A stretch of DNA of 64,000 bases from Trichoplax adhaerens. Lineage: Eukaryota; Animalia; Placozoa. The notes under the pieces were generated by a model. It ran no database searches and was not told the DNA's origin. It worked only from the letters and a program-made list of their open reading frames with translations. Of this stretch, positions 36,431 through 50,457 are shown one piece after another. Position 1 is the first letter of the stretch. Each line of letters begins with the position of its first letter. The position numbers were made by a program, and so were the translations under genes. The stretch covers positions 912,287 through 976,286 of the forward strand of contig NW_002060955.1 of the NCBI RefSeq assembly GCF_000150275.1. Reading direction: 5' to 3'.

Positions 36431-39400
36431 ATAGCACCTCTGAATATTAATTTGAAGCAATTGTGATAGTCAAAGTGAATTAATAATTTAGCTTGTAAAC
36501 TACCGTTGCAACATCGTCAGAAAATTGAACCGTATAGATTCCAATGATTTGACCAATCTTGGAGGTGTGGACTAAAGTTAATTTTTCTTCATCTTTATAG
36601 ACTCTTAATTCGTCTAACGGTATTGGCTAAATAACAAGTAAATATAGAAAACAAGATACTTAGGCGGTATCGGAGTAAATTAAAGCTAAAAAATGATCGC
36701 GACTTTTATAAACAAAGTCCCTATACTATAATGGGGCATACGAAGGGCAACACTTTATTTACATAAATCATTAGCGGTTAATTTTTGTAAATAAATTACC
36801 ATAATTTTTCGAGTACATACGAAGTCTAATTTAAATTGATATTGAAAACTGGTGTTGAAATAATGTGAAACTTTCATAAGTGCCCTTCATATATATATTA
36901 TATATATACATCAAGCAATAGACAGAAGGTGTCCAATACAATATTATAAGAAACGGATTTAGTGTTGTTATTCAATTTTCCGTTACTAGCACGGATAGGT
37001 GTAAAGTAAATTCGGTAATTCTACAACTCATACAATTTAACATAACCAAGAATATATTATAGAATATAAAATGAAAGTTAAGATAAGATTTAGACTTGAT
37101 AAAGATGGATGAAAATCTAATATTAATTCTATTAGCCAGAATAAGAAGATGCAGCATAAGAAGATTTATCCTCCAAATCCCATATGACTTCAATTTAAGA
37201 TAATGATTTAAAATATGGAAGCAAAATCTCGCGTATAATCTTATCAGATAAGCGGGCCGTAATGGAACTTAGGTACTTACTTGTTTATAAACGCAATAAA
37301 TAGCATTATTATCTAAAATTGTATCTCCATCCACTTCTACGCCGTTAGTCTTTTGCTAAAATTAGAAATTATGACTGAGAAATTTAAATGTAAGGTAAAC
37401 GAAAAAATTAAAATGAAGAGTTATAATATAATACCCATTACAAAAATGCATAAACACGTTCGGAAGAAGTTTTAAAAGAAGACTTAGAAACTATGCATAC
37501 AATGATCTATTCGCTAGTATAAGAAACAAAACAAAATCACTATTATTGTCATTTAAACTGCCTACAGCAGCTTTTAAGAGCAATTTAGTCCCCAAATTAG
37601 CTTATAAAGTAAGGCGAATATCAGTACATGTAGCAGATTAAACAGTGAGATTTTAGTAATTTAGCGGACATGTTAAGTCAAGTTCACTAAGCTAATTATT
37701 TTATGAAGCCAACTAGCTCAGCTTAGTAGGCATAACAATTTCTAGTGTGTAATAATGTGAGCTTTAAACGAATTAAATATCTTTTAATTAATTTTTAAGT
37801 TTTTTTAAACCCGTGAGTAATGATAAATTCAAATCTGTATCATCTACAATTTTTCTTTACTACCAAAAAGTGCTAGCTTGTAACACTTTATGGACACCGT
37901 GGTCAACATTCTGCGTCGTCGAAACAAAATTACAAAGCAAATTGAATCATAATAAGTATACTAATATCATGCTAATCGTATGGCGACGAATTAGGATATA
38001 TATATGTACAGTAGATTATTAGTCATTAGTTAGTTAAGTAATTTATAAGAGAGCACAAAGTTCAAATCATATTCTGATCATAGTAAATCTGATATTTTCT
38101 ATTTTTGCGTGCTCTTCGGTATTTTAGGATTGAATTGAAAGTTATACAAATTTAGATATAAGAAGACACGACAACTGATATAGATTATCAGTATTTACGT
38201 CCATGTATGCATATTCTATAGATATGCTATGGCTGCTGGTGAATCGAAGTAAGCTGGAATTTTGATCTTGGTGAAGATCGGTGTCTGTGCTCAACTGGCG
38301 TGGATAGAGATTTCTACGATACAAAAAGTGACTATAACAACTACTATAAATAATCTTGGTCATTTTTTCCAAACAATGTAACCTTGAAATAGAATAGGTA
38401 GGCAGGATATTGCGTTAATGTCATTGCAATGGTAGCAGTATCGCTACGTACGCGTCTAATCTGTTAAGGCTTGATTTCTATCACCTTGTTAGTAACAAGA
38501 TAATATCATGGTTAATTGTATCAATTATATTTCTGAGCCGGATTTCGCTAGGGATTGAGAGTAATTCGTATAAGAACTAACATTATTATAAAATATATCG
38601 GGTTTCGAGACTGCATACATTTCTACAGTATTTAAAGGTAATTATTAGTCTCAATAGTGCCTATTAGCCAGGTGTTACACTTTCTAGTTTATCGTAACAA
38701 TAATTTAATAGTCCAGTAGGGCTTGAGTGCTGAACAATCACGAGTCCAATAGAGCTTAAGTACCGAACTAACTTTATTATGCGTTAGGAGCCGTAATATA
38801 TAAGAGACAATTACCAGTAATGTGCAATAACGGACATACCATGAATGTTGACGACAATCTTATCTTATTCATAATAAGGTAACAACTTATTTTCCTAGAT
38901 ATGCTATCTAGGTCTTAATCGTCATCATTACAGAACAACTGCGGAAATATACTGAATAAACAGGCGTATTCAATATGATAGATCTTATCGATACTATGTC
39001 TACAACAACTGTATTATTTTGTAACACCAGGCGGTTAATTTAGACCTAAAATGTCTCCTTTAAGTATAGCTCTCTTTGAGGACATTGAGATCCAATGACT
39101 CCAGTAACATAAGACAGTGGCAGCTTGCAATTTGTCCTTTTATAGAATCATTTACCTATAATGTTACCTTAAAGTACGGCTATCGTTGAGGACATCCAGA
39201 TCCGACGAACTAACGCAAGACAGTGTCAGATTGCAATTTGATTTTTTATACAATCATAGACCTAACACATCGCCTTAATTAAAGTAAAGTATGGCCATGT
39301 TTGACGATATCGAGATCCGACGACTAACAGAAGACAGTCAAATTGCAATTTGTCATTTTATAGAATCATTGACCTAATATGTCTCCTGAATTAAAGTAAA

Positions 39401-42400
39401 GTATGGCCATGCTTGACGATATTGAGATCCGACGACTATGTCTTTTATAGAATCATTGACCTAAAACATCTCCCTATTAAAGTACAGTATGGCCATATTT
39501 GACGATATCGAAATCCAACGACTAACGCATGACAGTCAGATTGCAATTTGTCTTTTTATAGAATCATTGACCTAATACATCTTCTTAATTAAAGTACAGT
39601 ATGGCCATGTTTGACGATATCGAAATCCGACAACTAACACAAGACAGTCAGATTGCAATTTGTCATTTTGAACTAAAACATCTCCCTATTAAAGTAAAGC
39701 ATGGCTGGCTATGTATAACATAGATTACTGAGCTTTATCAGTTCCATTGTTCAGCCTTAGCAATATGTTTCAGCGTTATTGAAGAGTGATGCCAATGCTA
39801 ACCGCAACACCAATTCAATTCTTTCAAGCTATCACTGAAGAGATCAATCAACAGCAATTGTACAAAGCCATAATAAGGGGATTGACCTTGCCAAGAAATA
39901 TCCTATGACACATCGTTTACAATGACAGGACATTTCAGCTATACAGAGCGAAAGATCTCATTGGGATAACGCTGTTAGCATGGTCGAGCAGAAATCTTCT
40001 AAGGTAGTCCATAAAAATGAGCGTAAAATAATAGGGGGGGATTGATTTTGCAAAGAAATGCCAGAGAAACGAGTGTCCATTTCAACTTTACAGAACGAAT
40101 GATTATCATGTAGAAGAGCTCAAGTCTATCTCTGTATTTCCTAACGTATCATTGCGGTGATAACCTGAAACCATGACAACGATCCAAATTTGATAACATT
40201 AACGGAACTCGATTGGGTTAAGAGGTCATTGAAATCAGACCAAGTTTGCTGCAATGCTGGTAGTATTGTCGAGCAGAAATCTTCTAACTTTGCCAATCCA
40301 AATGCGCTTAAAATAATAGAGAAATTGATTTTTCAAAGAAATGGCGTAGGATCCACGTATGAACTAGCGTATATTTCAACTTTATAGGACTAATGATGGT
40401 CGTGTAATGTGGGATCTTAAGCCTATCTCTGTACAGTATTTCCTAACATATGACGGCTGTAATGAAATCAACCATGACAACAATCCAATATGATAACGTC
40501 AACGGACCTCCATTTGGTGAAAGTGTCATCGAAATCAGCGAAAACTTGTTACAATACTGTTCGCATTGCCAAACATAAATTCTCTAATTTAGCAATGAAA
40601 AAAGCGCTTTAAATAATAACGGGATTGACTTTCTAAAGAAATTGCAGATAATGCATCTTTTACAACGACAGGACATTTCTTATTGACTGAACGAACAATT
40701 CAATTTGGACAATGTCAACAGGATTTGATCGTATACAGCTGCAATCATCAAAATCGACCAAAGTTTGCTACAGTACTTTTAGTCTTGTAGAGGCTACAGT
40801 ACTTTTAGTCTTGTAGAGCTGAAATCTTACAAATTAGTAGCTAAAAATGAGCTTAAAATAATAGCGAAGTTGATTTTCCAAAGAAATATCACAGGATCCA
40901 TCTTCTATATCAAGTGGATATTTCAACGATGAAAGAACGAGCGATCGTGGTGTATAATTTCTTAAGCTTATCACTGCATTTCCTAACACATACCGTCACT
41001 ACTGTAATGAGCTGAAAACCATAACAACGATCGAAGTTGATAATGTCAACGGAAATCAATTTGATAAAGCGGTTATCGAAATCAGCGAAATTTGTTGCAG
41101 TACTATGTATACAGCACTGTAGAGCACAAATTCTCTAATTTAGCAATTAAAAAATAGGCTTAAAATAATAACAGGATTGACTTTTAATAGAAATTCCATA
41201 TAGAGCATCTTTTATAACAACGGGATATTTCCGATTTGTGCAAAGAGCGATCTAATTTTGATAACGTCAACAGCATTTGATCGTATACAATCGTCATCAA
41301 AATCAGTGAAAATTTATTGCTTCGCTGTTAGTATTGTAGAACATCAATCCTATAAGTTTGTTATTAAAATGCGCTTGAAATAAATAGTGGAATGGATTTT
41401 TGAACGAAATGACACACCTTTTATAATAATTGACATTTTAACTTTACAGATCAAACGTTGTTATGTATACCTATCACTTTATTTCTTTACGTATAGCTGC
41501 TGTAATGAGCTGAAACCATGACAACGATCGAATTTAATAACGTCAACGGAACTCGATTTGATGAAGCGGTCATCAAAATCAGTCAAAGGTTGTTACAGCA
41601 TTGTTGGTATTGTAGGGTATACACCTTCTAATTTAGCAACTAGAAAAGGGCTTGAAATATAGCCATGCCACAATTGATATTCTAAAGAAATTCCATATAA
41701 GGTATATTGTATAACGGCGGGATATTTCAGCTTTACAGAAAGAACGATCTAACTTACTAACATCAACTGAATCAATTTCAAGTAGCGGCCATCAACATCG
41801 GCGAAATTTTACTACAGCACTATTAGTGTTGCATAGCGTCAATCTTATAATTTAGCAAATAAAAATGTACTTCAAAATAATGACAGGTTTGATTTTCTAA
41901 AGAAATGCCATATGACGTATTTTTTTATAGCTATTAGGTATTTCAGCTTATTAAGTTACAGGAAGTATGATCAAGGTTGATAGCGTCAACGAAATTCGAT
42001 TTGATGCAGCTGTCATTAAAGTCAACCAAAGTTTACTACAGTACTGTTAGTGTTGTAAAGTGTAAGTCTTATAATTCAGCTGTTAAAATTGTCATTAAAA
42101 CTAATGATGCGATTAATTTTCTGGAAATATGACGCATTTGCTATAATGACTTGACATTCCAGCTTTACAGTAAAGCGATCTAATTTGCTAACGTCAACAG
42201 AATTTAATTTTATGCAGTAGTCATTAAAATTGGCAAAAATTAATTAAAGTACTGCTAGTATTGTAGGGCATGAATCTTATAATTCAACAATTAAAAAATA
42301 GACCGAAATTCATAACTGGATTGATTTTCTAAAGAAATGCCATATGGTACATCTTTTATAACGACTTGACATTTCAGCTTTACAGAAGAATGATCTAATT

Positions 42401-45400
42401 TTCATTGCTAACGTCATCAGAACTTGATTTTACGCAGGGGTCATCAAATTAGTGAAAGTTTGTTACAGTGCTATTAACATTGTAGAGCATAAATCTTAAA
42501 ATTGAGCTATTAAAAAATATATGCAAGTAAAGGCTCTACATATCTTCATTGGGCATTTGTATACTTAGCAATTCCATATGTCTTGGATGCGTAGTGCAGC
42601 CCCAAAATAACTTAATAGATTGTAGGAAGTCGCTAATTGATATGTAACATAATATGATTGATACTGTATATGCGAGATCGCAGATAAACAGGAAAACTTA
42701 GGGTTACATTTAGCGCATAACTGTGTGAAATACTTAGGGTAGATATTGTAGCAATAGTTAGGAGTGTCTTAGTAGTCTTACTTAAGTGGTTAAACACCAG
42801 AGATGATGCGAATAATTTAATGCTAAATTTATCGAAAGTTATAGGACTAAATATTAGTTAATCTTGTCCTTGATACAAGAAGTAGTTTATATCATAAAAA
42901 AAATTATAAATGATCGAATTTTGATCATTTCTGATTTTGAGACACTTTATCACAAGATAATGTCTCTTGTTATTGCTAGAATTCGTAATAATATTATGAG
43001 CATAGCTTGATAATGTAGATAGAATTACATGCTTAATTAATTCTATGATTTCGAAGCAGTGTTTTCGACAAGAAAAATAGAAAAAGTACGTATGCTTACT
43101 TGTGTTATAATCTCCAAATTAGGAACCGTAAAAATATAAAGAAGCGGTTTTGGAAGCAATTTATTCATAGAAAAGGAGTCTTTTCATGAAGTAAAGCGTA
43201 GCAATTGTTCAAGAATAGCCCTAGTTGTGACTTTTGAATTGATGTCTTTTAATTATTTTAAATAATAAGTAATAAGGTGGTCTTTCCTGTTTAGTGCAAC
43301 TTGCCATGAATATGATAAGTAGCATTGGACTGGCTTTTATATTCATTTCAACTCTCAATATGCTTCGCACTGTATCGCATCAAATATTAATTGCAAATAT
43401 AAAAGCGATTATGGGCTTCCAAATACCTCTGCCGTAGACATATTTATAGACTACAGTAATTTATCGACGTAATGTACCATATAGGCTACGTGACAGTTGT
43501 GCATTATAACTTAATTATTCTGCTTAATAAACAAGTATCGGTACATTAAGTATGACAAGCAAGAATTCGACCAGTATGTGTCTACGCTAAGGCTTTTGTC
43601 GAGTTTGGCTATTACGCAATGACATGTTACGTATCATATTCGTGTATGAAACATAGATCCTGTTTTAATAAATAGCCAGATAGATAGAGAGTTTTAGCAC
43701 TAAATGTAGATAATCCTTAATAATTTGGTAGACAATCCAATTTATGAAAATAAAAATTGGTTTAACAAGAAATTAAAATCCTTCTTGTTATGATATTTAT
43801 AAAATGCTTGATAGAACGTCAATTTGTTCGAACTTGATATTGTACTTAAACTGACTGAAAAGCGCATAAGTAAAATGAAAGCAACAAAATCGCATATTGC
43901 TACTGTACTTATTTATTATCATAGGCAGTAGCCTATACGGTGTAGGATGATGGGATAAGGCAGCAAATAAAAGTTCCTTGTCATCCGTACCTCAGTAAAA
44001 TCTTTAAGTACATACTAATTTAAAATTGAGTAAGTCAAAAATTTTTACTTACCTTCTTTGACGATGACTTTCGCTGTATTTTCGCAATCATGATCAAATG
44101 CTCGAAAAGAAATAAGTGGCTTTCATAAGAGCGGGAACTATCTATATGGCAAAAGAACACATTCTATGAAAAGGCGCTCAATGCTGCACCACGAGTATTG
44201 ATGATGCTAACACTCTAGAAATCTTGATTGCATTTATAGTTTTAGATTATTACACAATAGTACTATATGAACTTTGAAATCGATAATAATCGACATTTTT
44301 TCTATTTGTTGGTATAAGAATACCGTATTACTATAGAAGATGATTGAAAAAACGTGTAAATTTTGGTTAATGAAGTAACTTTCCAGTAGAAAAAGAAATA
44401 CAATGATGTCTTTATTTATATTAAAACCACTGAAGATATTCGTTTAAAACCATTAATTTTAGTCATAATAACTTCTATATGATAGAGTGATCATAAATAT
44501 TCAAAAGCTCGACTAGTTATAGTGTGCTTTACCAATTAAAATGGTTGGTCCATGATAAAGGAATCGATTACTTTCATTTCTACAAAAATTTACACATGGT
44601 TGCCTAGAAATGGTTTGCTTTAAATTCTTAATCGCAAAGGGCAGAGAAATGAATATCAAGAATGGATTACTTCAGACGAGTGTAAGAAATTGTTCAATTA
44701 CAACGTAAATTAACATATATATTATTAATTCCGCTATTGATGTTAATTTCATAATCTCGAAAGCACAAATACCTCTGGAATGAATGCCTTTGGAGTAAAT
44801 TCTTCCCACTTAGGCCAAAAAATTTGATTTTCTAACTCTTCCATTAATTCTATTCGTAGGTTTTTTTGAACTTTCTCCTCTAATTCCACTGTGATACAAA
44901 GCGATACATAGTTAATAAAATGATCTATAATGCAATTGTTACTGTTAATAACCTATTTGCAAAATATGTATAAATGATCAACTAAATACTATAACGTGAA
45001 TATAATTTATGGAACAATTCTAGCCATCTTAAGTATACACGTATATAATTACTAGTTCCTTACTGTACCTAATGAAACCTGGACTGCAGTTATAGCTGAT
45101 GATAGAGCTTTGCAACCATTGTCGTCTTCTTGACTGTAGTGAATAATTTCCTATTATAATAACATAGTTATTAAATGTCGATAGTAAGTAGCCGATACGT
45201 ATATCATTGTAGTGCAGTCCTCTATTAGCTTAAGTTTATAATTATAAACCTATATGAAAATAGATAAATTGAATTAGAATGTAAGTTCACGCAATTTTCT
45301 ATTTGCAGAAGATAATCACAGCACGTATTGCTGCAATTCTATTGAGATTTTTATATTAAGAATTCGCGAGAAAATAGGTAGCGCTAAGCATGGGAATACT

Positions 45401-48400
45401 ATGAGATTTATATTGTGATACTTTTATTCCGAAGTGCAAATTATAAATAGATCGTAAGATAGAAATTGTAGAGATGACACTGTGAGGTAATTGGTAAGAC
45501 AGAATTGTGTTGCGAAAATATCATTTTGTAAGTAATGTACACAAATCCTGAATTTTTCTGTAATAATTTAGATAGTCTGATTGCAGCTCGATATTCCTTA
45601 TTAGTTATTAGATAAATCTAATTTCTGCAATAAAATGAAGTTTACTAGAAACTGGGATTCTTGTTTTATTTCGAAAAGACACTTCCATCACAATTATTAT
45701 ATTGGGAGTAGGTTATAGTCAATATTAGATTTTCACCTTTAGAATCAACGGATATTTGGTTAACCTCTGAATTGGTGCAATAAGTAAATCTGTCAGTTTC
45801 AATTTACGGCATGAAGTGTTTTGTTGACAATGCTGAAATTTGAAAAGAAGCAATCTTGCAATGAAGAAATTAATGTTTTGCTCACATTTTAACCAAATTC
45901 GAAGTACATGTAGTCAACGCACTTCAAATTTTAATAACATTTTACCTTTAGGTATTCTTGAAAGACGTCAGAATCCTTTATCGATTTAAAATAATTGATT
46001 GCTTTCTTGTAATTTAAGCAATAGGTCAAATATTTAGGATGAAACTTCCAACCAAACTAGTTGCGAGGTGTATGTTGCAGACAGGATTGAAATTTAATAC
46101 CACGTAATTTATAAATTAGAATTGTATTCTATTAGTTAATAACTATAAAAATAGAACTGGCTTTACATACATCTGTAAAGGTGTCGACAACTGCAGCGGT
46201 ACTACACAAGTTGTCTTCTTGAGCAGATTGGAATACGAGAAGCAAATCGGTGCAAAATTTAGAGCTGAGCTATAGCGAGAAGAATTTACAAAAGGCAATC
46301 AAGAGAACTCCTTGCCAATGTAAGCCTGACTGAAAGGTAATATTTTGGCGCAACATTTACTTACTTAAGTATATTACTGATGCTCTACTTAAAATAATAA
46401 TTATTAAATTACGGGTATTAAGAAAATGAATACAGAAATAAATCAATACGGAGATTAGCTTTAAGAAATGATGAGAAATGAGATACTTGCAAAATGAAAT
46501 AATTAATAAAAGGCAATTTTGCCTTTACGTCATGAATACGAATAAGCACGAAAGTAAGTCCAAAAAAAAGCGAGATGATATAGAAGTAATTACATTTAAG
46601 ATAATTATTAGCTTTAACAGCAGTATAATAATGATAATAACATAATTGGTCCAGTACTTGCATATATACGCCTATATTAAAACGCTATATCCAGAAATTG
46701 AGTGTAACATAATATCTAGCTGGTTCATGCTATTATGAATGCTTTGGGTCGATAGCATTCAATCTGTTTCGAAACTTTATAAAGCAGAAAAGACGAAGAG
46801 TTAAGATAGTACTGTATGTAATATGATCCAGCTTGTAAAGCCTACCGCGCATAATTCCTCGATATTTCCAAATAGTTTAAAGCCATCAATTTCTGTAAGA
46901 AAGCCATATTCTTGCAGTAATCGTAAAGGCATCAGAAAAATCTAAATATTTAAAGATGATAATCAAGAATTTTTAAATCTTGAATTACTTGCAACTTCTA
47001 AAATGTCATAAATTTGGTACATCTGATCAAAGGAGATTTAAAAATTGAGTTCTTACATCTTTTAAAATTAGTAGATGGTCAATTAAATAAACACATTCGC
47101 TATGGAATAACTCCCACACGCTCGTTCTACGTTTCCATTCTTGAATATTAATACATGATTTATTTGTCTCCGAACTTTCCGAATTTAGAAAAAATTCTGT
47201 CCAATCATGCTCCTACCAATCAAGTATAGATGGCTTTTTATTCTTTATAACTTTAAAAATCGGCTTACATTAAGATTATATTTATCACTTACTAATCATC
47301 AATAGTACTACTTTCTTTATTTTAATCGAATTTAGATTTGATCGTTTACGGCAAGTACGAAATTTTTAATGTGAATAGGTCACATTATAATATAGTATGA
47401 ATATGACGTTTTTTTGCATTTCACCGCTGCAAGCATTAAATGAGATATCTGATCTGGCGTAATAAGACCGTATACTATTGTATTAAAATTCTCTGTAAGA
47501 ATTAGTTTTAACATTATCTTTACCAAATATTTAGCCATATCATGCTCGTGATCGATTTGATTTAATCCGGTAAAGAATGATTCAATAGATGGACTGTCTT
47601 CTCGTTTCTGTGCTTTTAGATTGTTATTATTGCCAATCATCTTTAATTGTATTTTATAAAATTCAAGAAGTTAGAATTATTAAGTTGGTTAATTATTTGG
47701 ATTTGTAGACTAATTAAACAAGAAGATATTGCTGTACCTTAAATCTTCTAAATAACGTTTTAACAGTGGTTTTTCCGTCCTTCTCTGGCGATGTTATACC
47801 ATTTCCATTGATTATGTCTGTTAAATGTGAAAATTAATTAGGTCATGCTCTACAAAGTGTTTAAGATTAATCATCTCGACTACCTGCATACTACATTTAC
47901 AATAATAAAATTCATCGGTCATTCGAGATAGATAATGCGACGAATTTCGCGATTGTTTCGTATATGCCAACCTACTTGCTTTTATTTAGATTGTTATGCA
48001 TAGCGGTAGTCAATCACTATTCGTATCTATTTCATAAGAAAATTAGTTCTATACTACTTTACTTATTGACGTAGAAGAGATTTCGCGATGATGCAGATTT
48101 GATAATAAACTACGTAAGCAAACAAAAACAGAAGCATAAGTTATAGCACCAAATTGTTGGGCTCCACTGCATTCTCTCTTTACTAGCATGTTTGCTTGTG
48201 CAACGTAAGCATAAGGTAATCTTCCATGGCTGTACTAAATTGAAACTCGGCACTAAAGTCGTTCAAGTTGAAATTTCATTCTCTAATGGAGACAGATGAC
48301 GCTGGTTACATTGGTTACATGGACTACTAGAAGAAAATCTGTTCTCCTAGAGGTCCATAATTATAACGTTATACCTTTGCAATAGTAAAGTGCTAATTGA

Positions 48401-50457
48401 TGTTGATTAATGAGAACATTATAAATTTTTTCCACAAATAACAATATTATTTAAATATTGCAATGATTGAATTTTAAATTGAACATAGCAAGAAAATGTA
48501 CGGTACGTAAAAACAGCAGAGATTAAGGTACTTGTAACAGTCTAACTGCTATAATGAATACGTTGCAGAATAGTATAAAGCATGAATGTTTCAGTGAATT
48601 TAGAATCATCGTATACAATACTTGCGCAAGTTACGCTTACAGGCAGCAGCCTAACCTTTGTTCTTTCCTCGATGTAATTTGAAATGTTGGGTAGCTCTTG
48701 CCTTACTTTCTTCTATACGATCAACATTCACTTCAGGTTAAAATGTATCGCAGACTTAGTTGTACCAAATACAAAGTATAATACAATACTGTGATATAAT
48801 ATTATAGCCTTAGTGAGTACCAGGTAATTCAAATTACAGTACTTTTCTAACAATTACATCAGGTACAATATCAAAATCAAAATGAAGGACTCTCCATTAC
48901 CATTACTGAATCATGACAACGAAAAGTTAATTTCTAAATAATCAAATGATTGCTTCATTTATAGAAGTATTATTTGAAACACTAGAAATTCTTCCAAGAA
49001 GATAATTGTTTATTTGTTTACTCAGTTTTTAATTAATTTTTTTAATTTAATGATTTATGCGATACCTTCTTTAGTTAAATCTTCCTCAATGGTAGAGGTC
49101 TTTATCGAAGCTAAGCTAGAGACAATCATTTAATTATTTTAGATTGAGGTAAATGCCATAAGTTGAATGAGAGTGAAATGTTATTTATCACAATTATAGT
49201 TTAACTCATGCATATAAACTTTGATGCCAATTAACGAAATGGCCCTATAACAAGTATTCATCGTATAATAACCTTCTATTTAATCGACAACTTTCGCCAT
49301 CTTCTTTTTTCAATGACGCATAATTCTAACGTAACAAAAGTTATAACGGAATAAGGCGCAGTATAGAAAGAATACCAAGATATCTAGTAGTAGTCTATGC
49401 TACAGTAGCACGTTAACTTCGTCTTGCAACTCTACTAGCATATCTTTGTAACTATAGTATACTATAATATCTTAAACAAAACTCACTTTCCCATTTTCTC
49501 GTGCGGTTATAGGCAAAGATCGAGTTCTCTTTCGCTGTGCATGCCTCCTTTTAGCTCTCATCGACCATGGTAATGGTTCTTTATAGTGAAATTTTTGTAG
49601 ACCATCCTATTATAAAATAAGCATATTCACCAGCTAAGTGTGCTAGTTTATTACTTTGTATTCACAAAACAGTTATTCAACTTCTTGGTTAAAACCAAAT
49701 CTCTCCTCATGCAATAAATACATCACTATGAGTATATTATTATATGAACGTACAACTGCATCCTGATCATCATTAGAATTTCCTTCAGACGATTGGCGCT
49801 GGGGCGATAGAAATTTAGTTGCAGTACGGTAACGAAATTTCAAGAAGCCTGTTTCAGTCATAAAATGAAATATTTAAATCAAGCAAATTTTTAAATACAT
49901 GGTTGAAAAGGAGTTTTTTCATGAAAGTAATATACAGTGCAGAAAAAGTAAGCACGATATATATATTTACTTGTACTTAATTTTTCTTCCTTCTTGTTAT
50001 GTCTTCTGGAAGCTTCTAATTGGAAAATTATATAGTATATAATGTTGATCAGTAAATACCTAGCTCTAAACACGTGTCGGTAAATTTATAAAACTAAACG
50101 AAATTCGAGGGCTATTAATCGAATATGTATCTTGATTCCGAATTAGATTCTCGTAATTTATCCGAAACATAATAAGACAAAGTTTTATATTAAAAAAGAA
50201 AATGAAATTACTATTTTATCGAGTATCGTTCCTCAATTTAATTTATATTAGCTATCTGATGCGATACAGTAAAATTATTATACATCAAAATTAAAGTACA
50301 TTAAATTTGAAATACCTAAGCTCTGAGCACGGGCTCTTTCAATACTTTCTTCTTCAGTATCGCTTGGTGGTGTAACGTAGATAGTAGGAGCCGTACCAGA
50401 AACCTTGTAGTGGTTTTTTCTTTCTATGCTTTTTAAGCCATGAATGAAACCCTCCAT
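36326..50457 (-). CDS. PLEKHG7: PLEKHG7-like DH-PH RhoGEF, ~649 aa, ~21 exons
   Basis: Phase-consistent exons 50457-50316, 50015-49977, 49848-49754, 49606-49487, 49325-49273, 49115-49066, 48712-48656, 47817-47738, 47640-47524, 47212-47057, 46941-46846, 46269-46171, 46056-45946, 45832-45737, 45150-45069, 44888-44773, 44626-44533, 44141-44053, 37355-37281, 36626-36504 and 36385-36326 (1950 nt). Motifs VWELFHSECVYLIDHLLILK, LFGNIEEL, YCLNY, DLLIAPIQRLTKYPLILK, IFWP...FIPE, HLFLFEH and VYKQPIPLD match PLEKHG7 as recalled. The N-terminal exons and start codon are less certain. Confidence 0.88.
36401..36427. repeat. (TA)13 microsatellite in the last intron of the PLEKHG7-like gene
   Basis: Uninterrupted TA run. 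Confidence 0.95.
39043..39705. repeat. Intronic minisatellite, ~110-bp unit x ~6.3
   Basis: Unit GACCTAA..ATCTCC..ATTAAAGTA.AGTATGGCCATGTTTGACGATATCGAGATCCGACGACTAAC..AAGACAGTCAGATTGCAATTTGTC.TTTTATAGAATCATT. One copy is internally deleted. Confidence 0.93.
39780..42515. repeat. Diverged intronic satellite, ~220-bp unit (long variants ~280-330 bp) x ~12
   Basis: Anchor TAACGTCAACRGAA recurs at about 40193, 40493, 40710, 41041, 41262, 41538, 41758, 41980, 42189 and 42409. The blocks GTCATCAAAATC, GTATTGTAGAGCA, TTGATTTTCTAAAGAAAT and ATTTCAGCTTTACAG also recur. Confidence 0.88.

Noticed and set aside
9578-47643. Several AAG splice acceptors (9580, 19079, 22269, 44627, 47641)
   Set aside because: About 5 of 58 introns is not clearly unusual for an AT-rich genome.
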